Source: Octopus bimaculoides
Taxonomy: Eukaryota
Reading direction: 5' to 3'
Assembly (NCBI RefSeq): GCF_001194135.2
Contig: NC_068992.1
Location: forward strand, 15,648,118-15,712,117
Length of the DNA stretch: 64,000 nt
The position numbers and the translations under genes are program-made. Of this stretch, positions 1-13,129 are shown one piece after another (within the stretch, counting starts at the first letter, position 1; each line of letters begins with the position of its first letter). A model generated the notes under the pieces. It was not told where the DNA came from. It saw only the letters and a list, made by a program, of their open reading frames with translations, and did no database searches.

Positions 1-291
1 TTATACGCCATCAGTAAAACCTTTCCAGAGGTAGTATTTGATGAATAATGCTTCTTATATAAATAAAGAAACATGCAACCTCAGAATTACAAGAGATAAG
101 ATTCTTCCAAAGAAGATTAGCAGATATAAAATGAAAATCGACACTTAGTGGTTGACTCAGTTCACCTAGAATTTACCATTATGTCTCAGCCCTGCTCATC
201 TTTGTGAAGTCCTTAACCAGTTTCATGAAACAAAAGTGATTTGGCCAGAAATAGCCAAAAGACAGTTATAATAAACTGAAATGGGTCTTAC

Positions 292-470
292 CTTTCATAT
301 TTTTTGTTAAATGTTGTTTCTCCTCCTGTACATTAGAGAGAAATTTTTCAGCCAGAGTTAGATTTTTCATTTCTTTTTCCAGTATCTGAGCTGGTTTTAA
401 GCTTTTGTATTTCTTTTCAAAATTTTCCCAAACAGACTGGTAATGTTCAAGCAGTTTGTATCGTTCTTTC
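292..470 (-). CDS. SIX6OS1: Internal coding exon (179 nt, phase 2 to 1): KERYKLLEHYQSVWENFEKKYKSLKPAQILEKEMKNLTLAEKFLSNVQEEKQHLTKNMK
   Basis: Acceptor gttttctctcatctag, donor AAG|gtaag. It has 59 open codons with heptad-like E/K/L composition. YQSVWENFEKKY parallels human YKEVLKQYQLKY (recalled). Downstream exons lie left of the window. Confidence 0.85.
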
Positions 471-514
471 CTAGATGAGAGAAAACATATCCTATCAAAT
501 TACACAGGCAGACC

Positions 515-749
515 GTCATCATAATCATCATCATCATGATCCTCCTCCTCCTCATCATCGTCATCATCACCATCATCATCATGGTCAACCCCCCCCCTTC
601 CTCATCATCATCATCGCCATCATCAACATCATGGTCATCTCCTCATCATCACCATCATCATGATCATCCGCCTCTTCTGCCTCATCATCATCATCATTAC
701 CATCACCATCATCATTACCACCATCATCATTACCATCATCATCATCATT

Positions 750-781
<32 letters not shown>

Positions 782-822
782 GGTCGTCCTCATCCTCCTA
801 CTCCTCCTCATCACCATCATTT
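515..822. repeat. Compound (CAT/CAC/CCT)n microsatellite
   Basis: Read directly. It begins ~45 nt from the acceptor of exon 292-470 and accounts for the poly-H, poly-I and poly-M ORFs. Confidence 0.95.
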
Positions 823-1496
823 TAACATCCAATTTCCCATACTTCTATGCATCAGACGGAGTTTATGGAAGCAGATTTATCTATGGCAGGATGCACTTCT
901 TGTTCCCCACATTCACCTGTCTCCAAGTAAAGTAGTTTTCCCATGACCAGGTATGCTCTTGTACAGTATTGGAAATGAATCATAACTTGTATGACAGCGT
1001 CACTCATAAAAAATTTTTTAAAGGCACTAAACATGAAAAGTTACATATGACGGGCTTCATTCAGTTTTCATTAACCGAATCCACTCGCAAGGCTTTGATC
1101 AACCCAGATGTACAGTAGAAGACACTTGTACAAGGTTCCACACAATAAGATTGAACCCAGAATCATATGGTTGGGCAGCAATTTTCTTATCCACAAGGTA
1201 ACACTTGTGCCAAACTATATACAAATTAATTATTAGCCTTTATATTGTTATTGCTATAATACTGTTGCCGATTTGCAGTATCCAAGGTCAGATTTTTTTT
1301 CAGCAGGACACCATTGTGGAGGCTACAGATAAAAAAAAAAACTGTTTAAGCAGAATTTCTAGATGTGACCATGTTATATATTTTACTGGCACACTTTGTC
1401 AGTTATGACGAGGATTCAAGTTGATCTCATCAATGAACGGCCCACTCGTGAAATTAATATGTAAGTGGCTGAGCACTCCACACACATGCGTACCCT

Positions 1497-1714
1497 TAAC
1501 CCTGTTGATACCCACCCACCTGAAACCACATCAGGCTCTGTAGTACAAATGTCCTGTTTTCAGAAGTTCTGAATTAAAATCTTCCACCAAACCTTAGTCG
1601 CAATCTGTGTTCCTAACACTAGCTTAAGGATAACTAAGTTATTTTACTAAATTTTTTATTAAATTTAAAATTAATTGAAAGAAACACAGAGCATCTCAAC
1701 AGAAATATGGTAAC
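1497..1714. mobile_element. piggyBac-type MITE inserted at the TTAA of a SINE, one end eroded
   Basis: The SINE sequence cgtacccTTAAc is interrupted by TTAACCCTGTTGATACC..., and the SINE resumes at ttctcagga (~1715). Confidence 0.55.
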
Positions 1715-2652
1715 TTCTCAGGAAGGTTCAGCATAACACAGAACATGACAAGCAGGCCCTTTGAAATACAGGTACTACTCATTTTTGCCAGCTCAGTGGA
1801 CTGGTAGAACGTGAAATAAAGCGTCTTGCTCAAGGACAGAACACGTCACCGGAGACTGAACTCGTGACCTTATAATGATTAGCCAAATACCCTAACCACT
1901 AAGCCACGTGCCTTCACATCTCATCTGTAACATACAGGAATCATAATCTGAGATAACCATTTTAAAAGCAGTCAAATGCAGTTTTCTGTTCAGGAAATTA
2001 GGCAAAAAAAACTGTTCAGAGTGAGTCAATCGTTTAGCTTTTATAAGATTAAAGCATGGAATTGGCAGAGTAAACACACTTGATTAATAACCATTAGAGT
2101 TCAGCTGATTAATGTTGCACACTAAAGAACATCAATTTAACTGAAAAATAATAATCAGCTTAGCCTACAAACTCCATCATTAAATATTGAATAATATCAG
2201 CTCTAATAACACAGATTTACGGAAAAATCAAAGTTATTTTAGCACATAATAATAATAGTAATGTTGACAAATATATTCTACCAAAACATTTTGAATCAGA
2301 TCCTTGTTAGTGACCTGGTCAGTCACATCATATCTAGGTGAAAAAATATCTGAGACATAGACACATATGCATACACCCGTAAATTCTCTTCTCTCCCTCT
2401 GCACCTCGTTCTCTTTCTCTCTGTGTAAACACTAACCAAACACCAACCAAAAGCCTTCAACCTGATTCTAACATTTAGCAATCACTTTATGGCCTTCAAG
2501 TCACATCTTTCCTTATCTCTTCTATCTCTAAACAACACTCAAATAGTCTCTGTTCCACTGAACTTTCAAACTCTGTCATGACTCCTCCAAGACCAATTGA
2601 TGTTACTCTCATTAATTCTTACCATTCCATTCACTGTATTCCTTAATGGCAG

Positions 2653-2655
2653 ATC

Positions 2656-2729
<74 letters not shown>

Positions 2730-3060
2730 CACCATCATCATTATTATTTAACATTTGCTTTCCATGCAAGCATGGGTTGGATGATTTGACAGGAGCTGGC
2801 CAGGTAGGAGCCTACATCATACTTCTGTGTTCATTTTAGCAGGGGGTTTTTATGGCTGGATGCCCTTCCTAATACCAACCTTCCCACACAGCAGATTGAA
2901 TGGTTTTTACATGGCATGAGCACAGGTGAGGTCAGTTTTGGCATGATTTTTACAGCCGGATATTTTTCCAAACATCAACCACTTTACAGTGTGGACTAGA
3001 TGGGGTTTTTTATGTGGTATCAGTACTGGCAGGATCACCGAGTAACTTGCAAGAGGATGT
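2653..3060 (-). mobile_element. RTE 3' UTR fragment with expanded (GAT)n tail. Other copies lie at ~31862-32110(-), 35155-35240(+), 35660-35952(+), 39620-39820(+), 40370-40640(+), 46390-46790(+), 51885-52207(+), 53036-53280(-) and 62400-62723(+).
   Basis: All share the blocks ggcattaggaagggcatccagc and caaaccatccaacccatgccagcatggaa, followed by (gat)n. Confidence 0.8.
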
Positions 3061-3189
3061 TCAAAGTGTTTTCATTGTCCCCGCAAAATTTTAAGGGGTG
3101 TGCTTGCACCCTCTGCACCACCCTGTTCCTGAGATTATGTTGGCAAGGCCTCCTAGTCTAGACAGATCAAAGAAGAAAGGCCAGACTAA

Positions 3190-3715
3190 TATGGAACACC
3201 TCTTCCCAAGGGTAAAAATGGGTTTGAGTAGGGTCGACACCATTACTTAGAAAAACCTAGAAAAATGCTGGAGCATTGATAACAATCCAAAACCAAGAAC
3301 ACCTGGGAGAAGAAAGCCTTCCATCAGGGAACAAAACATATGAAGTGCAATATTGAGGCAGAACTGTAAAAAAAAATTTAAAAAAAAAAAAAAAAAAGTG
3401 ATCCAACTGGGAAGAAGCATAAAAGACAGACCAGAATTGAGAAAAATGAAGAAAAGTTAACAAAGAAGGGTTTATCATAGCAGCCCAAGATCAATGACTA
3501 TCTACAAGGAACTACCAGGCCAACATGTTAATGAACGGTTGTAGCCCAACATGTCATGTATGTAAACAACAAAATGAAACCATTGATCATGTCTCCATGT
3601 GCAGTCTTGCGCCTTCCATAGTATCTCAACAGGCATGATAGAGCAGCACAATATATTCACTGGGTAATTTGCAAAAACCTAGACCTGCCCTATGATAAAA
3701 ACTGGTGGGTTTATG
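3190..3715 (+). mobile_element. R4/Dong-clade C-terminal fragment (zinc knuckle)
   Basis: It reads EGFIIAAQDQ*LSTRNYQANMLMNGCSPTCHVCKQQNETIDHVS.C...YLNRHDRAAQYIHWVICKNLDLPYDKNWW. Confidence 0.85.
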
Positions 3716-5281
3716 CTACACAGGCAGTGAAGGGCTTAAATAAAGTAAGTAGGCAATGATATATCTGGTAATTAGGCATATCTCACTTTAAGAATTCTTA
3801 TAAACATATAAATTTTAACAACCACCAAATTCACATTTGAAAATTTAATATCAGACAAAAATGTTTGAAAATTTATCATATCAAAGTTTTACATATTTTT
3901 CAATGTTTTATCTAAAAATATCTTTTCACCTTTTAAAAGGCAAAAATATTCTCTGCTGGAACTCAAAATTTTCAAAAATATTTTTATTTGCAAAACTGTA
4001 TAACTTTGGGATAAATTATGAATTTCAGAATAGAATAATATTCTCAACGATGGTTATTTTGAAATCTTTAAATGTAAAATAAAAATAACTTCGTCTTTGA
4101 TTTGTTTATTTTCTAAAAGTAGTTTGGCCTCAGATGATTCAAGTTATGGTAACTGTAGGTTGGTAACGTATTCAATGTCACTATGAATATCTTTAATTTT
4201 GATCTTTTACTTGTTTCAGCCACAAGACTGCAGCCATGCTGGAGCACCACCTTCCAGTACTCATGCTTTTTTTAAATCTGGTGCTTAATCTATTTGGCCC
4301 TTTTGACAAATTATTAAGTTACAGGGACATAAACCTACACTGATTGTTAAGTGGTGGGGGGGGACTCAAACACAAATGCAAACACACTCATATACACACA
4401 CATACACATACTGACACACACATATATATATAAAAGCATACATGTACAACAGGCTTCCAGTTAGCTTCTGTCTCTCAAATTCACTCTCAAGGCATTGGTG
4501 AGCCTGGGCCCATAGTAGACACTTGCCCAAGGTGCTGAGCAGTGAGACTGAATCCAAAACTACATGGCTGCAAAGGCAACTTCTTAACCACGCAAGTCAT
4601 GCCTGCACCGAGACATTGGTTGGCACAGGATTACCCAAGGTACCACACTGTAGGACTGAACCTGAAACCACATGGTTGTGAAATGAACTTCTCAACCATT
4701 TGGCCATATTGCACCAAATACTGCATAATTATATAATTCTTTCTCTTCTTTTCCACAAACAATTGACGCTTCTCATATTGGAACCAGGCCACAAGGAGCA
4801 GCGGGAGGGTTCAAACAATTTGAGTCCACTATATTACTGGTACTTACTTGAATCCAGAAAAACAAAGAGCAAAGCAAAACCCAACAGAATTGAACTACCA
4901 TGTCTAGTAAATCTTTCAGTGTTATTCCCTAAGTATTGAAACTCTTAATAGTAACGTTTAGATTCTTAACATAGACACAAAATTGCATATTTGGGGAATG
5001 AACACAGCCACTTACACCAACCTCAGCACTGAAGGAGAAAAGGTCAAGCTGACCTCAGTAAGATTTGAAGTATCATTTAATATTAGGAAATAGAGTGAAA
5101 TAGGTAATTACGGTAATTGTGGGCGTATATTGGGCCAAATTATATCTCATTAATGTAAATAGCAAGCCAAAACAAACTGTAATATATCGACCACATTATC
5201 AGGACCCACGACTTTATACTCACATCTTTGGGTGCTGAGCAGATGGAAAATGGGCTTGAGGGTGACAATGGCAAAGATGGA

Positions 5282-5390
5282 GAAGGACCTTGGCAGGTGG
5301 GAAGGACCTTGGCAGGTGGGAAGGACCTTGGCAGGTGGGAAGGACCTTGGCAGGTGGGAAGGACCTTGGCAGGTGGGAAGGACCTTGGCA
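5282..5390. repeat. 19-bp minisatellite (gaaggaccttggcaggtgg), ~6 copies
   Basis: Perfect tandem units read directly from the sequence. Confidence 0.95.
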
Positions 5391-7548
5391 CATTGTACAG
5401 TCACATCAAGAAACTGCCGTGTATGGCTGTGTATGGTGAGGAGTGGTGGTAATGGGTAGTAGTATTTGAGGTACCCAACCCACAGCCATGAAGACAGGCA
5501 TATTCATTTGTTCAAAGAGTGTCATAAATTAATGTAGCTAGAATTTATTAGGGGTCATGAAGAATTAATGAGAAAAATAGAATAATGACTTCATAGATCT
5601 ATTCAACCCATATTAACATGTTCCTATGACAGCTATGTTCACATGCCAATAAAGGAACACAAAAATTATACTAGTGAGGAGTATGAAGGTAAATGCAGTA
5701 CCAAATATTTAAATTCAATACAAACTCAAAAAATAGTTTGATCTTATTCTAAATAAAATTGTTTTAGTTAAATATCAACAATGTCTTCCCTTTTCTCAGA
5801 GAAGGATACTTTTGTACTGATCAAATTTGTACAAAAGAAAAATAAACACACTGCTGGAAAGAAAATGCTTTTAGTCTAATTCGGAAGTTTTTAAAGACAT
5901 TACAACAAATTAGTTGCTGAAAAGTTAATGAGATACAGATAATGAAATTTATTGCTCTTTTTATGTTGATTTTTGTTTTGTTTTGTTTTGCTTTGCTTTC
6001 CTTGTCTTTCATATATTTGATAAAGAACATGTTGCAATGTGAATTTTAAAAAAGTTCTTTCTCTTCCACTATTAAACTGTCTCCCATTTGTATTGGTTTA
6101 TCAGTTCTGTCTGCTATTCAATAGACCTCATATCCTGCACTCCAAAATATAAAACAGGCTTAACACATTCAACAATAATATTTTGATTAAAAATTTTTTT
6201 TTTCATTCCCTTTTTTTTTTTTGTTCTTTAGAAAATTTAAATATTTTTAAAACTTCCAAACCAATCAGAAACATTATGTGTCTTTTACAAATATTTATGA
6301 AGCATTTTACATTACAGACATTTTTTAAATAGATATTTAAGAATTAGTGAAAATTCTATTTAGTCTTTTGAATCAGATATTCTGATATAGCATTAATTTG
6401 CGTAGGAAGATGCAATTTTCATTTAAAAAGAGAGCTATTATAAGGACCATTCATATAACATTCCAATAAAAGTATAGCATGTAAAAGCTATATAAGAACT
6501 ATTACAAGTACTATTTCAGGATACTTAGAAACAATAAAAGAATATGATCACAAAATTATGATGCTTGATTGGTTATGAGGAGAAAAAAAAATCTGCTTTT
6601 ATACAAATCTCTTCCTAAGACTAATCAGTGTTTTTTATCTCATCTTTTCTAAACAGCTTCAACAATCTGATCTAAAATTTATTTTATAAAATGGTTCCAA
6701 TGGAAAGCAAAACAGAACTGTATGCAAAGGGGAAAAAATAAAATACAGGCACCATGAGAAATATAATTCATAATTCTTTTCAATGGAATAACTATAGTCT
6801 ATGCATTGTAATTTTTGCTGAATTTTTAAAACCACTTTCTTTGCTAGCAGGGGTTGAATAGATTTATACATCATCCTTTCAACGGTTAGTACAAGGCTCG
6901 AAATTTTGGGAAGAGGATTAGTTGATTACATTGATACCAGCACTTATTTCACTGAGCCCAAAAGGAAGAAAGGCAAAGTTGACATTAGCAGAATTTGAAC
7001 TTAGAACATAAAGACAGAAGAAACGCAACTATGCATTTTGTCTGGCAAGCTAACGATTCTGCTGTCTCACAGCCTTAATGAATTTATACATAATATGAGC
7101 AAAATGAATGCTGCGGCAAATGTTGGAAACTTAAATACATTTTGCAGATACCCGTAACAAAGCATGAGATATGTCTGAATAATTTTGTTCAATAAGAAAA
7201 TATTTTACTTACAAGAGGACTTGAAAGCATGAGCTGTGAGCTAGTAGTTCAACTTCTTAGCTACACAGCAAAATTGGTGTTCATCTCAAATGGAGACAAA
7301 CACAAATGGTTATGTCATGTGGGTAGAGCATCAGGATTGCATGAGGGCACTAGACATGCTATAAAATATTGTCTGTATTTGTTTTCACCACATGGAACTA
7401 TCAGTAGCTCATAAAAATATATACTGTCTTTATTAAATAATATGTGTGTGTACATATGTTTATGCATGTATGTATGTCATTATTCAGTTTATTTCAAGAT
7501 TTCTTGCCAATAGAGAAAGAACTGGTTTCTAACCTAGATCTGGTTTAG

Positions 7549-7888
7549 TTTAGGTGTATCCCTCAGTGTAGATGTGTCTCCTCAAGTGATTTCAAAAAGT
7601 ATCTTGTTAAAATAAACTCCGTTTCATAAGATTTCTTCCTGGCCTTTGTATATACAAATGGCAAATTAAGGTATACAGCTTCATACTTATAGAAGATCCA
7701 TAACAAATATCAGATACAAAAAGAAACAAATACACAATACAACAAAAAAAGTATGAAGTCGTATACCTTAATTTGACATTTATATATACAAAGACCAGGA
7801 AGAAATCTTGTGAAACAGAGTTTATTTTAACAAGATACCTCTTGAAATCACCTGAGGAGACACATCTACACTGAGGGATACACCTAAA
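7549..7888. repeat. Long-arm inverted repeat (fold-back/MITE-like; ~140-nt arms, ~60-nt spacer)
   Basis: tttaggtgtatccctcagtgtagatgtgtctcc... is mirrored by ...ggagacacatctacactgagggatacacctaaa, with scattered mismatches. Confidence 0.9.
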
Positions 7889-8011
7889 GCAGATTTTAAA
7901 TATCTCATCTGCAACAGATCAATGTTAGATTGGTCACAACACTTGTAGCGATCAATAAACATTTTCATACCTTCCATCTTCCGTCTCTCTCATTAATCAA
8001 ATATATACGTG

Positions 8012-8044
<33 letters not shown>

Positions 8045-8371
8045 AAACATACAGTTTATATTCATTTAAAAGAAGAAAAGAAAATGAAGATTAGGAAGTT
8101 AATAATTGTTTATTATTAACAGTAAACTGGTTATCATGGTTGTAAGTGAAGATGACCAATTTGCTGTTAATAACAAACAATTACTAACTTCCTAATCTGC
8201 ATCTTCTTTCCTTCTTTAAAATGAATATAAACTATATATTTTTATATATATATACACCTATTATTTTAAGGAAATTCATTCCCCCAAAATACTAGGTATT
8301 GAACCAGTATTTCCTTGGATGAAACCATCCCTTCATGAGGTTTACACATCCTCTAATTTATATATCTATTC

Positions 8372-8770
8372 TTTACTCTCTTTTACTCTTTTACTTGTTT
8401 CAGTCATTTGACTGTGGCCATGCTGGAACACTGCCTTTAGTCGAGCAAATCGACCCCAGGACTTATTCTTTGTAAGCTTAGTACTTATTCTATCGGTCTC
8501 TTTTGCTGAACTGCTAAGTTACGGGGACGTAAACACACCAGCATCGGTTGTCAAGCGATGTTGGGGGAACAAACACAGACACACACACATATAATATATA
8601 TACATATATATGACGGGCTTCTTTCAGTTTCCGTCTACCAAATCCACTCACAAGGCTTTGGTCAGCCCGAGGCTATAGAAGACACTTGCCCAAGGTGCCA
8701 CGCAGTGGGACTGAACCCAGAACCATGTGCTCCGTAAGCAAGCTGCTTACCACACAGCCACTCCTACGCC
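8372..8770 (-). mobile_element. tRNA-derived SINE family C with (GAGTAAAA)n tail and internal TA/TG array. Full copies also lie at 22032-22437 and 48123-48529, one at 63860-64000 is cut by the window edge, and there are many decayed copies.
   Basis: Near-identical ~400-nt repeats with the head ggcg(c/t)aggagtggctgtgtggtaag...gggttcagtccc (A and B boxes). Confidence 0.9.
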
Positions 8771-9182
8771 TATATATATATATATATATATAGACAGAGA
8801 GAGAAAGAGAATACACAAGATGTTATCCTCAACTGACTTAATGGAGCAGGTATGTACTAAGGTATGTGCTCAGTTTGGTTTATCACTGGAACTCCGGCTT
8901 GAACTGTAACTGAAAAATGTGCTAGAACTGCCCATCAAAGGTGGATATAGATTAAAATAGAAAATGAAAAAAGCAAAACATTTGCCATCACTCGAAAAAC
9001 ATTTTATATAGCGGATATAAACATTGTGCAGAGTAGTAATGATAAAAGGATAGAGACTCTTATACCAGTTTCTAGAATAGCCAAGCATGTGGATCATGAT
9101 ATTGAGTAAGGAATACATAAGCTAGGTTTTTCATCAATGGAGAGAGATAGAAGTCAGAAAATATAGAAATGAAGAATATCGT

Positions 9183-9545
9183 CAATCAAGAATATTAGTA
9201 CTTTCCAGTTTGCCAAGAAATGAAGGAAGTATCAGAATTGAAAGTATACGCGTTTGGTAGTTCCATGATCAAAGAATTAATAAAGTTATAGGTAAAAGAT
9301 AAAATCCATTAGCAGTTCCATAGGGGAAAATTCAATGATAATCCAAGGCAAATGATAATGGAACTGGTAACTTCCAATATTCCTTGCCATGGATTATCAT
9401 CAAGCATTCTCATCTGAAACTACTAATGGACCTTACCTGTAACATTATTATCTCTTTGATCATGGAACTACCAAACGCATATACTTTTCATTCTGATCCT
9501 TCCTTCATTTCTCGATAAACTAGAAAGTACTAATATCCTCGATTG
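9183..9545. repeat. Imperfect ~360-nt palindrome
   Basis: The left arm gcgtttggtagttccatgatcaaaga pairs with the right arm tctttgatcatggaactaccaaacgc, and pairing extends to both ends. Confidence 0.85.
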
Positions 9546-9548
9546 GAG

Positions 9549-10290
9549 ATCATCATCATCATGTAATGTCTGTTTTCCATGCTGGCATTCATTGGACGGT
9601 TTGACAGGAGCTGGTCAGCTAAAGAGCTGCCTGTGTTCCACGTCTATTTTGTCAAGGTTTCTATGGCTGGATGCCCTTCCTAACACCAAGGACTTAACAC
9701 AGTATACTGGGTGCTTTTACACAGCACAAGTATGGGTGCTTTCTATGTGGCACAGCATCCATGAGCCTGCAAGATTAGGATCACTCAGCTGAAGAGGGGG
9801 TGCAGGGGACATGCCTATATGCAAGGGCAACCACGATTTTACTTAGCTTGATATGTCTTCTCAAGCACAGCAGACCACCAGGAGTCATGGTCCCTTGTCA
9901 TCCCCTCTGTAAGGCCCAACATTTAAAGATCCTCTCTCACAATTTCGTCCCATATCTTCCTTGGTCTACCACATGTTCTCTCCACAAGTGGAAATCAGCA
10001 GTTCTTGATGCATCTGTTTTCATTCATGCACATTACATGTCCATACCAGTAAGTCATCTCTTTTGCACACTGCATCTGATGCGTCATATCACTTACACTC
10101 TCATGTCTATGCACACTGACATTACCCATGCAGCAGAGCATTCTGGCTTCATTTCTTTCAGTATGCTCTGCTGGATGGGTAATATCTTCACTTCTATATT
10201 TTATGACTACGCATGTGTTAGTAGCCTAGTTACCCTTAATGAAGAGCCCTATTTCAAAACCAGTTTGGTTCTCTGTGGACATCTAGGAAT
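9549..10290 (-). mobile_element. RTE-clade LINE, 5'-truncated (ORF C-terminus, 3' UTR, (GAT)n tail)
   Basis: It reads WYGHVMCMNENRCIKNC*...CGRPRKIWDEIVREDL*MLGLTEGMTRD...AVLEKTYQAK*, followed by the shared UTR ending ccagcatggaaaacagac-(gat)n. Confidence 0.85.
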
Positions 10291-12499
10291 AAGCTGAAGT
10301 ACAGAAATATTATTCTTCTGGGTTTATTTTACAAGACATTTGCTGTGAAATTGTTTGTTGTAACAAATTTTGTGGCATCTTAGTAGGGTCAATAAAAAAC
10401 ACACACACTGGTACTATTTCATTTTTATTTCTTATTATTAAACTCATAAACAAATTTAATGAATAAACTAATTGATTTATTGATTAATAACTTGATCAAT
10501 CAAACAGCTTGTTTGTTAGAGCCTTTCAATCACTATTTCCAACTTCATCAATGACAGTCCCTTATTGCTCCACTTCTGTTCCATTGTCATCTCCAAGAAG
10601 GACAGGTTATTCATGAGGTTAATCAATGGAAATGATAGGACACTGACAAAATAGCTGGCTGACTGAATGATTAATCAAGCAATCAATTAGTTAATTAGTT
10701 GACAAACAAAAATGATTTTAAATTTTAGCACAAGGCCATCAACTTTAGAAGAGGAAGTAAATCAATGACATCAGCCCCAGTGCTCAACTGGTGCTTATTT
10801 TATTAACCCCAAAAGGGAGAAAGGTAAAGTTGACTTCAGGGTAATATGAACTCGAAAAAAATGCCACTAAGCATTTTTGTCTGGTTGGGTAATGATTCTG
10901 TATACTAGCTGCCTTAGTTGAGAAATAATAATAAAAAGTGAATTAGAACCAGTATAAAAATAAATATCTAAAAAAATGTTTATCTATGAAGATGAGGTAG
11001 ACATCTGGATAAAATTATAATCTTTCTGCTAAAACATTTCTGTTGTACTCTTAAGCAAACGAGTTTATTACGACACAATGCAAGGAAACTAATACAGAAT
11101 TCTACTGACAATGAACCATACAGCGACACAGTGACTGATGTTAGGAAGGATATGTAATGATAAAATATTTCTTTAGCAATTTATTCACACTTTGAATATA
11201 AATGTCAACTGTGGACAAAAGCAGAAAAAACATGAAGGAAGCAGATTCAACAGAAGAGCTGATTTGCCAAGTGATCATTCTAAACAAGTCTAAAAATAAT
11301 GTATTTTCAAATAACAGAAAATAAAATGCACTAATAGTATTACATGAATAAATTCGATACATTGTCTGCATCAGAATGTTGGAGAATGTAGATCCATCAG
11401 AATATGATATATTTTCTATAATTTTCCTACAATAAATGTATTAATAGTCTAACGCTCTGGTACAGTAAATGTTTGTAAGGTGGAGAGACCACATCATTCA
11501 AACTATTGGGAATCTATTTCTGTCCTGTTTCTTACCAAAATAAGTTTTTCCCCTTAAGGGAATTTGTTCACAGTTAGTAATTCACTCAGTTAAAGAAAAA
11601 ATACCTTCAATAATAAGATATTTGCCAGAAAGAGGCTGACATCAATTTTCTTCTCGACATTAGCTAAAGTACAACATATAACCCCATGTCTAAGAAAGGA
11701 TCCAAGATTATTATTATTACTATTTCTAGATTCTATTATTTACTGAACATTTTCACTGTATAACTGAAAGTGTGTGGATGGGTGGGTATGTAAGATTTTT
11801 TTTTATCATATTGATAGATTTCTATGTATATCATCAATACCAAAAGTTCACATCTATCATATCAATAGTGTTTCAGCTCTTTAAATTCTGAGTTCAAATC
11901 CAATTGAAGCCAACTCTGCCTTTCATCATAGGACTGATAGAATAAAGTACCAGTCAAGTACTGGGGTTAAATTATTTGTCTAATTCCTCCTCCCTTCAAA
12001 CCCCACTACCTAGCAAATTCTCATCCCTGACTATAACAAAAGCTATTATTGATGGTGGATTGGTAGAACTGTTAAAGCATTGGACAAAATACTTTGTGAT
12101 ATTTGTTCCAAATTCTTTTGTTCGGTGTCCAAAACCTGCTGAGTTCAACTTTGCCTTTTATTCTTTCAGGCCCTATAAAACAAGAACCAGTCAAATACTG
12201 GGGTTGACATAATTGACCAAATATTTCCCACTAAAATTCCAGGCCTTGTGCTTCAATTGGCAAGCAGGCAGAAATTCTAAGAGCGTCAGACTAAATGCCT
12301 AGCAGTATTTCTTCTGACTCGCTACATTCTAGAGCCAAATCTCACCAAGGTCTGCATTGCCTTTCATCCTTTATGGCTCCAATAAGTACCACGAGCACAG
12401 CAAAGTAAAGGAGCACCAGGGTTGATGTGATATTGATGTAATCAGCTAAAATCCCTCCAGAATTTGAAATCATGACACTGGTAAGTGGCAGAATCATTA

Positions 12500-12882
12500 T
12501 GGTGGCACTCCGTCGCTTACGACGTCAAGGGTTCCAGTTGATCCGATCAACGGAACAGCCTGCTCGTGAAATTAACGTGCAAGCGGCTGAGCACTCCACA
12601 GACACATGTACCCTTAACATAGTTCTCGGGGAGATTCAGCGTGACACAGTGTAACAAGGCTGACCCTTTGAAATACAGGCACAACAGAAACAGGAAGTAA
12701 GAGTGAGAGAATGTTGTGGTGAAAGAGTACAACAGGGTTCGCCACCATCCCCTGCCAGAGCCTCGTGGAGCTTTAAGTGTTTTTCGCTCAATAAACACTC
12801 ACAACGCCTGGTCTGGGAATCGAAACCGCGATCCTATGACCGCGAGTCCGCTGCCCTAACCACTGGGCCATTGCGCCTCCAC
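12500..12882 (-). mobile_element. Young tRNA-derived SINE (family A; Octopus OR-type head), full length with TSD
   Basis: The head GGAGGCGCAATGGCCCAGTGGTTAGG...GGTTTCGATTCC carries A and B boxes. The TSD is ggcagaatcatta / ggtagaatcatta. Confidence 0.9.
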
Positions 12883-13129
12883 GGTAGAATCATTAGCACA
12901 CCCGACAAACTGCTAAGTGGCATTTTGTCTATCTTTACGTCCTGAGTTCAAATGTTTCGGAGGTCAACTTTGCCTTTTATCCTTTCAGAGTCAATGAAAC
13001 AAATACCAGTTGAGCACTGGGGTCGATGTAATCAACTGGCCCCCTCCCACAAAATTTCAGGCTTTGCACCTATTGTAGAAAGAATCGGTGGTTTGACTCA
13101 GGTTCATTCTTATTCCTGATAGAATTTAT

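Noticed and set aside
397-946. His-, Ile- and Met-rich ORFs here, and similar C/V/Y/T/D-rich ORFs at 40-41.6, 43.4-43.7, 50.7-51.2 and 57.1-57.7 kb
   Set aside because: They are translations of tri- and dinucleotide microsatellites, open in several frames on both strands.
5282-5390. Regular direct repeats as a possible CRISPR array
   Set aside because: The units are head-to-tail with no unique spacers, there are no cas genes, and the context is eukaryotic.
5809-5852. 44-nt minus-strand AG..GT segment within the long intron
   Set aside because: Inclusion would break the frame between the phase-2 flanking exons, and the human alignment needs no extra residues there.
12810-12882. tRNA-like heads here and at 21720-21793, 52580-52653 and 61322-61395 as tRNA genes
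   Set aside because: Each continues into a conserved SINE body, three of the four with clear TSDs, and they lack a proper cloverleaf.
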